From the NCBI GenBank assembly GCA_010015585.1, contig ML975155.1: a DNA stretch of 64,000 nt. One strand, written 5' to 3'. A program made the position numbers and the translations under genes. This DNA comes from Eremomyces bilateralis CBS 781.70 (Eukaryota). Positions within the stretch are counted from its first letter, which is position 1; every line of letters starts with the position of its first letter. A model generated the notes under the pieces. It did not search any database and was not told the DNA's origin. It saw nothing but the letters and a program-made list of their open reading frames with translations. This document shows positions 33,801 to 45,664 of the stretch, in pieces.

Positions 33801-36205
33801 CAGTCTCCAACCTTGATGGCATTCAAAGCTCTCGAAACACCATCCCAAAAATTGTATTTGTTCTTATCCTTGCGGGTCAAAAATGCGTTCAGCGTGTTGA
33901 AGATTGATTGAGGGGCCCTTGTCCTGATCATCTTTTCCAGCAATTCCAGACGCCGTTCTTCCTCTTCCAGTTCGGCCCAGCCCCAGTCGAGCACAACCTG
34001 GTCGTGACCCTTAGGCCTCGGAGAGATAGTGAGTCTGCTAAGCTTGCTCAAAGGACTAAGATCCAAATTTCGTTGTGCGGCACCTTTAGCAGGAGAAAAT
34101 TCCGTATCGGAAGACAATGAGATGACCGTCGCACTCGTAGAGATGTTGAAGGGGGGTTTTGCTGGTGTTTTGGGGTTCAACTGTGAGCCAGCCAAAGTAG
34201 GGTGAGCCGGTTCCTGAGCCGGTTCCGGAGCAGTTGGAGAGGCGTCAACGACTGACCTCCCCTCCTTTGACACGACACGATCTGAAGACAAGTCATCGGG
34301 GTCTGCTAGGGTTGCGGGTGTAGTAACTGCGGCATCAGACTGAGGGTCATCCTGGAGGACTAAGGGGAAGTCTCCATCAATCAAAATGTCGCCATCCTGG
34401 TTTCGGTCGGGCGAGTCGATCGTAGAGCCATCGGAGAATCTCTGGAATTTGTTGACAACAAGATCATTTGAGGCGTCATCGTCAACAATGAAATCCGCCA
34501 TGTCATCAGATGCATCAGACTTGACATCAGACTTGGCATCAGACTCGGTATCAGACTCGGTATCAGACTCGTTGACAACAGATCGTTTCCGCTTTCTAGT
34601 GCCGACAGTGAGCGTTCGCCTCTTTGTTGGAGGCAGAGGAGGTTGGCTCCTCTTCAGCACATCGATCTTCCACAGCGCTTCTTGACGGTTGTAAACCGTC
34701 ATACCCAAAATGTCACACTGACGCCGAAGAGATTCTTCGGATTTCTTTCTCGCTTCTCCGATAATATTTTCTCGCAATTTATCCAAGTAGGCCTCGAAGT
34801 GGGGGATACTACCATACGGGGCTCTGGGGGACAAGAGTCGTTCGATTAGGATCTGGCGCCCGTGACGACCATTACCCGACTTCCAGACCGCCAATGCTTC
34901 CTCGTCCTCGCGTCGCGGCCGTTTTGTGGTCTCCCATTCATCAGCAAACTCCGCCACAGCCCCATCTATGATTCGGATGATGTCTTCGTCTGATAGTCGC
35001 TCATCCGGCTTTACCTCATTCTCGGAGTCGACCTCATCCGCGCCATTGTCACTAACGTCCATCTCCCCACTATCCTCGTCGCTCTCGTCGTACTCCATCA
35101 CTTCATCCTCGTCATTCCCATCAGTATGGTTATCATTCATTGGGGTTGAATGTGGACGATCGCCCAGTTGGTTTTTCCAAAACGCGTGTGCTCCGGGTGT
35201 TTGCATGTCATCCTGCTGATGACCTGGTGGGAGACTCATCGGAAAGCCCCTTGTTGCAATGATGTTATCTTCATCGGCCGTAAGAACGATTGGATCGATG
35301 TGAAGCAGAGGGAAATATGCTCGATCCTTCTGCCTCCTACTCCGCTTGAGAGAATGGCCCTGGTTCAGATTAAGTGGGATGATAAGACCAACTGGTTCGC
35401 TAGTGCCTTCTTCGGCTCCTTCAAAGTGGTTTGATTCATCTGAGAGGAATTTGAAGGCACAGACCATAGACTTGTAGGCAAACTTGGACTTGGCAAGTGA
35501 CTCGCTGTTCCCAAATATCATGAACTCTTCATTTTGCTCGAGGATAGTTATATCAGGGTTGAGTTCGCCGCCATGAATTGTGTTCCCGAAAAGAACATCG
35601 TCAACGGAGGATCGGTTGTTGAATTTCACAACCGTCAATTCGATCCTTCGCTTCTTTGCCTGTTGTACATCGGAAGGATGACGGTTTTCTGGCAGAACAA
35701 GCGCAGTTGAGCCCTGTGCGGCATGGTGAAGCGACGATGACTGATTGATAGGCAGTGCCGAGGATTTGTCGCCATTGAGTTGTCGAGGTTGCGGAGATTG
35801 TTGTTGTGGAGATTGTTGTTGCGGGGATTGTTGACGCGGGGATTGTTGATGCGGCGGGGAATGTTGTTCACTTTCTTCTCGTCGAGATTCGTGGTTCCTA
35901 TTCGCAGCGCTATTGATCTGCAGTTTCCGGCCAGGCCATTGTCGCACATTGTCGATCGCTTGAAGAATTGTGAGTTGCTGGGCAAACGTCGGGACGCCGA
36001 ATTCCTCGCGGAGCGTGGTCTCCTTGATGTACTTTAACGCAAACCCATCGATGCCATTGGTGCGTAAAACTTCTTCGAACTTCTTGAGGTCTGGTAGTTT
36101 GCGCCTCGACTCGGGGATATAGGGAAGCCAGATCTCAGTGGCATGGCAGAGGGCATGAACAACCTCGTCCACCGACCACTTCTCTGGGTCGTCCCCCAAC
36201 TCCAT
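30776..36205 (-). CDS. SNF2-family (ATRX/ARIP4-like) helicase/chromatin remodeller, intronless, about 1810 aa
   Basis: HQIEGVRFMW, LAHTMGLGKT, IADEAH, ALTGTPLSNNL.EY and FNPSYEEQAIGRAYRLGQKK motifs; SAM-like DPEKWSVDEVV N-terminus; first ATG at 36205 (track start 36229 is GTG). Confidence 0.9.
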   Translation of the reverse strand: MELGDDPEKWSVDEVVHALCHATEIWLPYIPESRRKLPDLKKFEEVLRTNGIDGFALKYIKETTLREEFGVPTFAQQLTILQAIDNVRQWPGRKLQINSAANRNHESRREESEQHSPPHQQSPRQQSPQQQSPQQQSPQPRQLNGDKSSALPINQSSSLHHAAQGSTALVLPENRHPSDVQQAKKRRIELTVVKFNNRSSVDDVLFGNTIHGGELNPDITILEQNEEFMIFGNSESLAKSKFAYKSMVCAFKFLSDESNHFEGAEEGTSEPVGLIIPLNLNQGHSLKRSRRQKDRAYFPLLHIDPIVLTADEDNIIATRGFPMSLPPGHQQDDMQTPGAHAFWKNQLGDRPHSTPMNDNHTDGNDEDEVMEYDESDEDSGEMDVSDNGADEVDSENEVKPDERLSDEDIIRIIDGAVAEFADEWETTKRPRREDEEALAVWKSGNGRHGRQILIERLLSPRAPYGSIPHFEAYLDKLRENIIGEARKKSEESLRRQCDILGMTVYNRQEALWKIDVLKRSQPPLPPTKRRTLTVGTRKRKRSVVNESDTESDTESDAKSDVKSDASDDMADFIVDDDASNDLVVNKFQRFSDGSTIDSPDRNQDGDILIDGDFPLVLQDDPQSDAAVTTPATLADPDDLSSDRVVSKEGRSVVDASPTAPEPAQEPAHPTLAGSQLNPKTPAKPPFNISTSATVISLSSDTEFSPAKGAAQRNLDLSPLSKLSRLTISPRPKGHDQVVLDWGWAELEEEERRLELLEKMIRTRAPQSIFNTLNAFLTRKDKNKYNFWDGVSRALNAIKVGDCLRGESETSSATYFFAAKLFIAYDLCDHAYISEQAPDFDEDDCQKLIGFIREPMKLRGSAKTFLQNAQIFVGRGLITIPEKKHQMSRSPDSESEDELDAEALAFELTPRKRKTVKMSEETKVKVRAAQLRMQKSNLTFQASSPVGLGNSSRMVRVNSQDQEKGIFIDPHIGSQMYKHQIEGVRFMWREVVNGGGGCLLAHTMGLGKTIQSITLLLTIADACQDEDGKAQIPKALQPKALQQKAVQTKAIQPKLHAVLVCPPALIKNWEDELKHWVPASKSHLVSPVRLLDREVPAHYRALVATDWVHTGGTLIVGYPLLAMEKGKTDYAEAIFNAATIVIADEAHMMKNTTGRVRGVMGQFKTRSRIALTGTPLSNNLEEYYSLIDWVDPDYLGSLLKFRAIYQNPITNGLYKNCDKATRRRALKLLEVLKRTIAPKVQFRDMISVISDPERDIVLPPKVEFLIHVPLTEVQKAVYECYVQWFLDKGPKTLGEQPTPESFLTGIGDLGLVCNHPILLLDRIEKRLESKNLEVRNQPGSPLPGQDSEKSEDTGAENGVAFTPVANSLVILRDKIVKIIEEMVGTEGREHSLSHQMDLFVRLVQSTISAKEKLLVYSASIPVLNYVQTLLTSLGISSLRVDGQVPSQWRQGLSKQFNKGDVPVFLISAAGGTGFNLPGASRVVIFDLAFNPSYEEQAIGRAYRLGQKKDVFVYRFIAAGTSQEKLKNVQIHKKQLFIQALDNMHLKSAATKPKDYFDPPKDADFKTLDEFKGKDSKVLDQILRISSTDSHHPSITEIETTETFRIEEEDEFTKDEIEEAAEEVKRLESSPELLRQLQTSSRLGVYSPYPSSAMAPASSQSFGVAVQQGPYATPSDHHFATPFSHHAQPHVVYRGYPSHGGYSVIPPSSAPVGGYPVGHGTNSTMPPPPYSTSFMPSGPNTGSHTLSWGPHNGHPVMSGSGHASSASYASSYGTPTTHMAGAIPSPPPGAQFPPTPPVGKFRVTEARPKSP

Positions 36206-36389
36206 CCTCACTTCTGAGTGGCAAACCACTCAGTTAATGAAGATTTCAACAGTAGGTAACTCCTTCTCTTTGGACTTTAGACTGGTTGGAACTGCAACGG
36301 CAGCTGTTGCAATGAACACAGACTTGCTGAGATAGTTTGAAGCGAGCGTGCTGTAAAAGACGATGATATTAGGAAGAGAACGTGGGAGG

Positions 36390-36466
36390 GAGAGAGAGAG
36401 AGAGAGAAGTAAACGTAAAAGAAAATCAAACATAAACAAAGTGCAAGTGTGTGTGTGTGTGTGTGT
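36390..36466. repeat. (GA)n and (GT)n microsatellites upstream of the SNF2 gene
   Basis: GA run 36390-36407 and GT run 36447-36466. Confidence 0.9.
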
Positions 36467-37302
36467 ATGCCAGTTCAGATGTGAACTTGCGTCTGTTCAC
36501 ATGATGCTGAATGACTCGCCTAGCTCTCATCCTATTCTCCAGCTCATATCTGAAAGGGAAGCTATACTCACATACAATAGACTGAGTTCTCACTCATATT
36601 AATCGATAATAGTATAGAATAAGTAATGGCTTGTACCCAGAGCCTTGGGTACCGGCACTGGTAGTGGTAATGCGAGCGGATATCTACAGGATATCTACAG
36701 ATACACGGAGTACCGGCCAGGCCACCAGGCAGTAGTGTCCCTCCCTGCCTATGTAGTAGTTGAAATACACCTCCCGCATTTCAAATCACATGAACTCAGT
36801 TCTGAAGCATTCTGCAGTCGTTCACGTGGAAGTACAATAAGGATTTGGTGGTGAGAAATACCGTGTGTCAGCGCCCATGGAAGATGCGAGGTTGAGTTTA
36901 CTATTGAAGGGGAGGTTCTTATGGATACCTTAGCCTATTAGGACGGCCAAATCGGGTAAGGTACGTGGTACAGAAATCATTGCCCAGACTGGATTACTCA
37001 GCATCCTCAAATACTCTGAAGTCTGATATCAACGAGAGCAATAATTAAGGTATTCTCTAAAACCCAGTTTCATATATAAAATCATCATCTTGAATGTATT
37101 TTAGCTAACATCAGAGTCTGGTGTGTTCTCTATAGTCCCTTTATTCGAAGGCTACTGCTCCACGCTTACGGCATAGCTCGAATGTCGCCATTGCGATCAC
37201 CACCTCTGTCTCAGCTAATTAATTACTGGCAACCAGGTTTCCTTTCCGAGCGGGCGGTTATATTCTTCTTAAATCTACCATCCGAGAACAGCAAGAGAAG
37301 AG

Positions 37303-38971
37303 ATGAGCAAGGATATATACCCATCGTACCCTCCAACCCTTACGGAGGAGAGGAAGAAGTTCATCCTCGAGACCGTAAGGGACTGGTCGATAGCACGAGG
37401 ACTGGCAGTGAGGCCTCCGCCTTCCTTCGTGGATCCTAAACATGATCCTACCGGTGTACTAGCAACGAGTGCCCCGGTGACACTGTTCCCGAGTTTGTTT
37501 CCTCGGTCGGCTTTTAATGAAGCAACGTCGATACAAAAGGCTTACAATGAGCTGTACGCGGCCATCACCATGGACAAGGGCTGGCTACAGGAGATCGTAT
37601 CTGAGTATGTCTATTTCAGTCGTATATGGACAATCCCATCTGCATTCTGGCTTTACGAGAATCAAGTGCTGAGCATGCTGCAGGATTGCCGGCATAGACG
37701 AGTTTGTTGGACAACTCTGGTCAGTCCATGAAGCTGTAGCCAAGGAAGGATATGCTCAGGTCACTTTACCCCATCCATACCGCAGTCTAGACAAATACTG
37801 ACCGAAGACCTTGCAGGAACTGAACCTTGGAATGTTCCGTTCAGACTATATGATTCATGTAGAAAAGGGTAAACCGGGATTAAAACAGGTCGAATTCAAC
37901 ACCATTGCCTCGTCGTTCGGTGGCCTCTCATCCCAAGTTTCGTCTCTCCATAAACATTTGCTGGCAAGCCACGCATACCCGGACGAGATCACTGGAGCTG
38001 TTACCGCGGAAAGCCTCCCCCCCAACCCATCCATCAGCGGACTCGCATCGGGGCTGGCGGCTGCACACCGAGAATATACCGCGAAATCAAACCGGCCAAC
38101 TTGCGTGCTCTTCGTCGTGCAGGACCCAGAGCGAAACATCTTCGACCAGAGACTGATCGAGTATGCGCTTCTGGAAGAGGCAAAAGTTCCTTCATTCCGG
38201 CTGCCATTTGCAGAAACGTTGAAGCATACCAGGCTTGAGTCCGATAGGAGTCTCACTTACACGCCGCCACACAGCCCCGAGAAGACTTACGAGGTCAGCG
38301 TGGTATACTACAGAGCAGGATATGCTCCTACGGACTATGAATGGCCAGAAGCTTGGGAAGCTCGACTGTACCTAGAACGGAGCAGCGCCATTAAATGCCC
38401 CAGCATCCTAACTCATCTTGCTGGGTGCAAAAAGGTTCAGCAAGTCCTTGCAACGCCAGGCTCGTCGCATCTCCAAAACTTCATCAAAGACACGCTCGAG
38501 CTCCAGCGGGTTCGGGAAACATTCGCACCTATATATCCCTTCGACGACAGCGCGACCGGCACCAAGGCCCGAGAACTCGCCCTCAACCCCAAGACCGCGG
38601 CCCACTACGTCCTCAAGCCGCAGCGCGAAGGCGGCGGAAACAACATCTACCGCAAGGCCATCCCGGACTTCCTGAAAAGCATTCCCGAGACACAGTGGCC
38701 GGCCTACATCCTGATGGAGATGATCGAGCCGCCTCCGCAGCGGAACACCATCATGCGGAACGGTGACGTGGAGGAGGGAGGGGTGATATGCGAGATCGGC
38801 GTGTACGGCGTCTGCCTATGGAGGATTGCATCGGGGGAGCAGAAGGGCGGAGAGATATTGCATAGTGCCAACGCTGGGTATTTGCTGCGGACGAAGGGCG
38901 ATCAGAGTGAGGAAGGGGGTGTCGCGGCTGGGTTCGGGGCGATGGATAGCTGCTCCTTGGTTGATGTGTAG
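37303..38971 (+). CDS. GSH2: Glutathione synthetase
   Basis: APVTLFPS.FP, GMFRSDYM, KQVEFNTIASSFGG, ERNIFDQ, VLKPQREGGGNN and EGGVAAGFG motifs; two introns. Confidence 0.95.
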
Positions 38972-39353
38972 ATTAGGGATATCATCTCTACGCAATGCTA
39001 GAAGCTACGTTTGAAAATCACTAGAATGAACATTGGTGACCACTCATAGAGGAGGCAATTCATTCTATAATTTTCATCATTATGAACCGTGGTATTTCTT
39101 GGATGTTTCTTGGATACTAAGGATTTCGCGTTGAGAGTGGTGACGCGATGGAGTTTGTTTAGCGATGCGATTGCCGCGACAACCACCAGCGAAGCATGAC
39201 CCCTCCCCTTTCGAAAACTGCAACCTTCTCAGCTACATTTACAATTACCTTTTGATACCAGCAACCAAACCCCAAGAACTTAAGCTACCCCAATTCTCAC
39301 TATAAAGGTCGATTCAATCCACACACTGAGATTTCATCCCGAATATATCCAAG

Positions 39354-40103
39354 ATGGTCAGTAATTCCTCGACTGCCCGCTCCAACCAGACGAATCAGTA
39401 TCCAAACACCACATGTCGGGCACCGCATGAAAGCCCAACGGGAAATCGCACTCTGCTTCCCAACCATATCCGAAGCTAACGAACACTTCACAGGCATCAA
39501 CCAACTACAAAGAAGCCTTCGCCCTCTTCGACAAGCGCGGCAACGGCCGCGTGGCCCTCGATTCCCTCGGCGACCTCCTCCGCGCATGCGGGCAGAACCC
39601 CACGCTCGCTGAGATTGCAGACCTCGAGAAGACCGCAGGTGGTGACTGTGAGTAGCAGCGACTGATACATCCGATATTGATGGACGGAATGGTTGACGGC
39701 ATATGTGCGCAAACAGTTGACTTCGACACCTTCCTCCGGATCTTGAATCGGCCGGGCGGGTTCCGCGACCCGGGCGACCCGGAGGAGTATTGCCGTGGCT
39801 TTCAGGTGTTTGATAAGGATATGACGGGATTTATTGGCGTTGGGCAGCTGCGATACAGTAAGATTACTAGAGGATAGATGGTGGTCTGTTATCCTGGGAC
39901 TGGCGAGTCTAACAACATCACCAGTTCTCACGAATCTCGGCGAGAAGATGACGGACGAGGAAGTTGACGAGTTGCTACGGGGAGTCGATACCGCTAATGG
40001 CGAGATTGACTATAGAGGTACGTCGATCACAACCACTCTTCATACAACGGCCTACTGACACTTTCTCTCCACAGAGATCGTACGGAGAATCCTCGCGAAT
40101 TAG
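39354..40103 (+). CDS. cdc4: Myosin essential light chain (EF-hand, Cdc4/Mlc1)
   Basis: Spliced product MASTNYKEAFALFDKRG...LLRACGQNPT...FQVFDKDMTGFIGVGQLRY..TNLGEKMTDEEVDELL..EIVRRILAN*; four introns; 5' exon assignment slightly uncertain. Confidence 0.9.
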
Positions 40104-40613
40104 GAGTGGGATGGATTACATGGCGCATAGCTCTCGGTTCAATTCTTCGTCTACCGGTAGGCGTGGTGGGATTAGACAAATGCGATGCGGGATGATGGCA
40201 ATGGCGTTGTTGATTGATTTGGGTGGATAGGTATTTCGTATGAGAGCAATCGAACTTTATGGCTTGTTCTTGTAGTGCCAATTGGTACATCATCCATGCC
40301 CGGAAGTTTATATATGCCTTTCGTTACCGGTTCTTCCTATTTGAGAGTTTCGGCGCCAGCATGCCGATTGTCTGTATGGTGGATTTTGATGAAGAGCAGA
40401 ATGGAATCGCTTGCACTCTCTGGTCCGGCGTGAATGATACCTCCCAGTGCTGGCCAGAGGTCTCGGTGAGGTTACCCGTTTCCCCAAAACCATTCCTCAA
40501 CCGTATACCAATCCGCCATCGAGCCCACAAGCCGTTTCGGCATTCTATTAGACTCTATTATGCAGGGTCCAGCTATCGAGGAAGCTATTCTCTTTGAACC
40601 TGGACGGCATTCT

Positions 40614-41168
40614 TCATCCCTCTACTTCCTGCTCCGGCTCCGCATCCTTCTCCATCTCCTCCTTTAACCACTCCGCTTCCTTATTCATCTCCTCCTCCCC
40701 TCTCGCCACCCTCTCCTCATTATCCGGCCCCGTAAACCTCTCCCTCCTTCCCCTCTCCACCAACTGCGCCACCAAATCCCCCTCCTCCCCATCCAACATG
40801 TCGTAAATCCGATCGCTCCCCCCTCTCTCATCCAAGTCCTTCAGCCGCCGCGGAATGATATGGCAATGCACATGCGGCACGCTCTGGCCCGCCGCCGCGC
40901 CGTCCTGCACCGCGACGTTCATCCCGTCGGCCTGGTAGACACGCTCGATGGTCCGCGACACGCGATGAACGGTGGCCCAGAAGTCGGAGATCTCGCGGAG
41001 GGTGAGGTCGCGGAGGCGAGGGACGCGGCGGGTGGAGGAGACGAGAACGTGGCCGGGGAGGAGGGGCTTGAGGTTTACGAGGGCGAAGGAGAGGGGGGTG
41101 AGGTGGAAGACTTGGGGGGTGACGAGGAAGGGGCCGAAGTACACCGAGGAGGGGATTGGAGGTGTCAT
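40614..41168 (-). CDS. HNT2: HIT-family bis(5'-adenosyl)-triphosphatase (Fhit/Aph1)
   Basis: VNLKPLLPGHVLV and QDGAAAGQSVPHVHCHIIPR histidine triad. Confidence 0.93.
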   Translation of the reverse strand: MTPPIPSSVYFGPFLVTPQVFHLTPLSFALVNLKPLLPGHVLVSSTRRVPRLRDLTLREISDFWATVHRVSRTIERVYQADGMNVAVQDGAAAGQSVPHVHCHIIPRRLKDLDERGGSDRIYDMLDGEEGDLVAQLVERGRRERFTGPDNEERVARGEEEMNKEAEWLKEEMEKDAEPEQEVEG

Positions 41169-41640
41169 GACCGGGGAAACAGGATCGAATCTATCGTTGA
41201 CGGTCTAGATTGTAGTTCCGAGGAAATTCGAGCACATAGTAGCTTGAAATCGTGTGTAGAAATTGGTTGGACGGGGATGGATCGAATTCACATGCTTGAT
41301 GCGTCTTGTCTGCAATGGATGAGCTTTGAATGAGCTTAAGGTGGTGAATCGCAGCTTGGAAATGAAAGTTCGAAATCTCAATTAACTATTTGTAAGATTT
41401 ATCTAGGAGTTGCTTTGAAATTGTTGTGATGAGGAGGTGAGTTTGAATCTCTCTCTCAGTATCAAACTGAGGCACCGGCCAATGGTGTCAATCGCGAGTT
41501 CTCGACCTCAAAGCTCCAACATCTCCATCCAACCTCACCATCTCTCCACTTGAAAAGAATCCTTGCCAAATATCAGCCTGACTAAATACATTCTCTCCTC
41601 CCAACCAGCCTTTCGAGCTTGATCTACACTGCAAGCAACC

Positions 41641-42806
41641 ATGGCTTCCAAGATAGAGAAAACCATCGCCCGTCAGAAGGAGAAGTACGTCTTGCGCCGG
41701 CGAGTCACATTTGGCAGCATTAACTCTCTCCCAGAATCGAAGAAGGTCAATACTACGAAGCACACCAACAACTGCGCGTCATTGCGGCCCGCTACATCAA
41801 GCAGACCAACTACGATGCCGCCGCGGACATCCTCGCCTCCGGCGCCGGTCTCCTCCTCAAGGCCGGCCAGGGCGGCAGCGGGGGGGATCTCTGTCTCTTT
41901 TTGCTGGACGTCTGGACGAAGGGCGAGAAGGCGCCGGATGCGGCGAGCAGGGCCAAGTTGGTGTCGTTGTTGAGGACATTTCCGCCGGGAGAGCCGACGA
42001 TGAAGCGGTTTGTGAATGAGATGATGGTGTAAGTGGACGACAGGATCTGGAAATCAGCGGAACGACAGGTTGACTATGATACGTGCAGATGGTCATCGAA
42101 GTTTGGAGAGTATCCTGCTGGAGATCCGGAGCTACACCATGTAGCAGGAACGGTGTTCGCTGAAGGTACTTCTACAACCCCCCAGAGCATGCTTTGTTGA
42201 AGGGTTGCTGACTCCATCCAACCTCTAGCATCCGAAACCTATGACGCCGAACGACACTTCATCCTAGGCACCAAAGAATCGCCCGAACAGCTCATCCGCC
42301 TGGAATACGAATGGTTCACCGAAGATGCGTCGCATACCGCACCACTCTACGCCGCACGCGCCGTGCTACCGTACCTCCTCATTGGCAACATCCGCGCCGC
42401 CAACCAGTCCCTCCTCCTCTTCACGTCCCGCCTCAGCACCGGCAGCTCCACCCTGGCCGTCCAAGAAGTCAGCACGAAGTCCTCCGACCTGCGCGTGTAT
42501 CCGTCGCTACCCCTCCTCAACTTCCTCGGACTGCTCCTCCTCGCTGTGCAGCGGGGTGCGCCCGATCTCTTTAAGCAGCTGAAGAGCCACTACGCGGCGA
42601 ACTTGAAGGAGGTAGGCATGTGGGACGAGGCCCTGGCGCAGATTGGCGAGATCTACTTCGGGATCAAGATCCCGTCGCAGAGTAACCCCCTCTTCGATAT
42701 GATGGGGAATATGTTCAACATGGGTGGTATGGGGCAGGGGAGGAAAAAGGAGGTCAAAGGAAGGGGTATGAACTTACCTGCGCCGCCTACGCCGGGTCTG
42801 GATTGA
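41641..42806 (+). CDS. GET4: Golgi-to-ER traffic protein 4
   Basis: Spliced EEGQYYEAHQQLRVIAARY, GQGGSGGDL, GEYPAGDPELHH, PLLNFL and YFGIKIP motifs; three introns. Confidence 0.92.
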
Positions 42807-42943
42807 GGAGGATAGACAGACGTCTGTAAATATGAGACGATTATCACGCATACAATGCTATACGCGGACATGAACGATGCCAATTTCATGGACAGTACTA
42901 GTGAAGCTGACGAAATGCATGGGTATATTTGCACCAACGAGCT

Positions 42944-43858
42944 TCATCTCCTCCCTCTCCTACTCTTCTCCTTCGGACCCGTAATCCTCTTCACATCATT
43001 CTGACTCAACTTCAACGTCCCCCCTTTAAACCTCCCCACCCCCACCCCAATCCCGCGATCCCTCGTCCTCGTCGTCTTCTCCTTCCTTGCCTTCTCCAAC
43101 ACCACCCCCGTCTCCCCCGCCTCTTTCCTCCGCTTCCTCTCCTTCTCCCTCGCCGCACTCTCCATCCCCTTCCGCTTCAACATCGGCACGTTCTGCTCCG
43201 CGTGGACGGATCCTTTCGCGCCGAGCGACAGGAGATGCAGCTCGTGCGCTTTGTGCCGGTTGCGGCCCATCGGGGCGAGCGAGCTGAGCGGTCCATTCGA
43301 GCCGGCGGATTCGGAGAGGAGGCGGGATTCGCGGAGCAGCTTTTGCAGCGCGCGGTCGTTGGCAAGGTTGTGGGTTTCAGTGTCGGAGTCGGGGGAGTCG
43401 TTGGTTAGGGGAGGTTTGGTAGGTTTACGGCCCGCTGCGGATGACGACGGGGGTTTCGAGGACTATAGAGCGATTAGCAGATGCTATGCAGCACTATCAA
43501 ACGGAGAAAGGCGCACCATAAATGCGCGCATGCCCGCCCTCCCAGCACTCTCCTCATCCTCCATCGCTACTCTCGACACCTCCGCATGATCCACAACCTC
43601 GACAGGCGCTGTATCGTCATCCGACAATCCCTCCCAATCGTCCTCTCCATCCTCCCCCGCAGAATCGTCCTGATCACCCTCGCTTTCGCTTAGATCATCC
43701 TGCTTCCGTTCCTTGCTCACCGCCTCCGGTAATGCCTTAAATCGAGCCTCGAAATGCCTGCGGAACACTTCTCGGACATCCTCTTCGCTCCCGCTCTCAC
43801 TTCCGTCCCTCGCATCCTTCTCGGGGGATCGTCGTTTTCGCTTTCCTAGCATGGCCAT
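42944..43858 (-). CDS. FAF1: 40S ribosome assembly factor Faf1-like protein
   Basis: MLGKRKR, FRRHFEARFK, acidic tract, NLANDRALQKLLRES and GVGRFKGGTLKLS..DV motifs; one intron near 43464-43515. Confidence 0.75.
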
Positions 43859-44190
43859 GTTGGTAGGGCTGAGGGGGGAGGATTTGCTAGGGGCAGTGCG
43901 GCTGGAATGGGGGGTGAGTGGTGCAAAACGTGGGTAAAGCGTGGAAATTATATGTTTCGAAGTCCGAAACTCTTGGGAAATTTTGTCGATCGAGTTGATG
44001 CTCCAGCCTCCAACCCATGCCCCACCAAATAAGTGGTGGCCTTGCGGCCTTATCACCTACAAATTTTGATGCCTTGCGATTTGCGATATCGCTTCAACAG
44101 CTGAATTGGGATCGTGAAAATACATGTTCCTATACCAATTATAACCTCACTAATAGACAATTGCTCTCCGTCTCGCATGACCATCCAACT

Positions 44191-45106
44191 ATGACCCGCT
44201 TCCGCCCCTGCATCGACCTCCACGCCGGCCAGGTCAAGCAAATCGTCGGCGGCACCCTCTCCGATTCATCCCCCTCTGCCCTCCGCACGAACCACACCTC
44301 CACCCTCCCCTCCTCACATTTCGCATCGCTCTACAAAGACAATGGCCTCACGGGCGCTCACATCATCATGTTGGGTCCGGGGAATGATGACGCAGCGACG
44401 GCAGCATGCGAGGCATGGCCGGGAGAACTGCAAGTCGGGGGAGGGGTGAATGATGGGAACGCGGGGGAATGGATACGGCGAGGGGCTGGCAAGGTAGGCG
44501 GAATCCTATTTTTTTTATTTTGATTGAAAGTTTTGCAATCCGCAGTGTGATTGATCCATTTGTGCTAAGCCCAACGCCTCCCAAAAGTAGGTAATCATCA
44601 CCTCCTTCCTCTTCCCTAACGGCCGTTTCTCTCTCGATCGCCTACGGTCCGTCATCGCCGTCCTCGACGATGACACTTCAAAGCTGGTCGTCGACCTCTC
44701 CTGCCGACGACGCGTATCCAGTGAAGGGGTGGTGACCTGGTGGGTGGCCATGAACAAGTGGCAGACCATCACCGACATGGAGGTGAATGAAGGGACGATC
44801 AAAATGCTCGCGCCGTATACCTCGGAGTTTCTGATCCATGCGGCCGATGTGGAAGGGTTGCAGTCGGGGCTAGACGAGGACTTGGTAAGGAACTTGGCGA
44901 GCTGGTGCAGTATCCCGGTGACATATGCGGGTGGGGCCAGCACCGTAAAGGACTTGGATAGAGTAAGAGAGTTGAGTCAAGGGAAAGTGGACTTGACTAT
45001 CGGGAGTGCGTTGGACATTTTTGGAGGCAGAGGGGTGACGTTGGAGGAGTGCGTGGAGTGGAATAGGAGAGAGGAGCGAAGGGAGAAGGAGTTGGCAGGC
45101 AAATGA
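44191..45106 (+). CDS. HIS6: ProFAR isomerase (histidine biosynthesis)
   Basis: MTRFRPCIDLHAGQVKQIVGGTL, LQVGGG, LIHAADVEG, VTYAGG and VDLTIGSALDIFGG; intron about 44494-44590. Confidence 0.96.
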
Positions 45107-45664
45107 TATAACCAAGTCAGAAGACTCAACGGCAGCAGCAGTATTGAAACCAGGAGTTCTTGATATGACTGGATAAGTATACCCCTATACAGGCCTCGGC
45201 AGGATAGATAGGATATTCTACATGATAGAGAATGCTATATAAAATGGCAGAAGATGATGAGAAACAGAAACATTCGTCAAGCGCCGTGACGGCCATCCCC
45301 ACAATCCATGAAGTGTGAGAAAGCTGCCGTTGCCAATTCGTGACCAAAACTCTTCTTCCGCCCCTAACCATGTACGAAGTCTATTGTGCAGATCTCGTCT
45401 CCATGTACGTTCCTCCACCTCCGTCGCTCACATGTTCGTCATATCAAACATCCACCCCGTTCCGAAAGGCAAATCAAACAAACGAAATTTTCCTTCTTCA
45501 GACGTCACCATCGCAGCCCAAAGAAAAAGCCAAAGAACCCCCCCCAAAAAAGATGCGAAAAGAGAAACATGAATCTCATAAGAACCTCACCCATAACCAC
45601 CGTTTTTGAAACCCTCAAACACCTGGAACGCTTCCGTTCGCCCTTAGTCCGCACCCGCGGCTAG

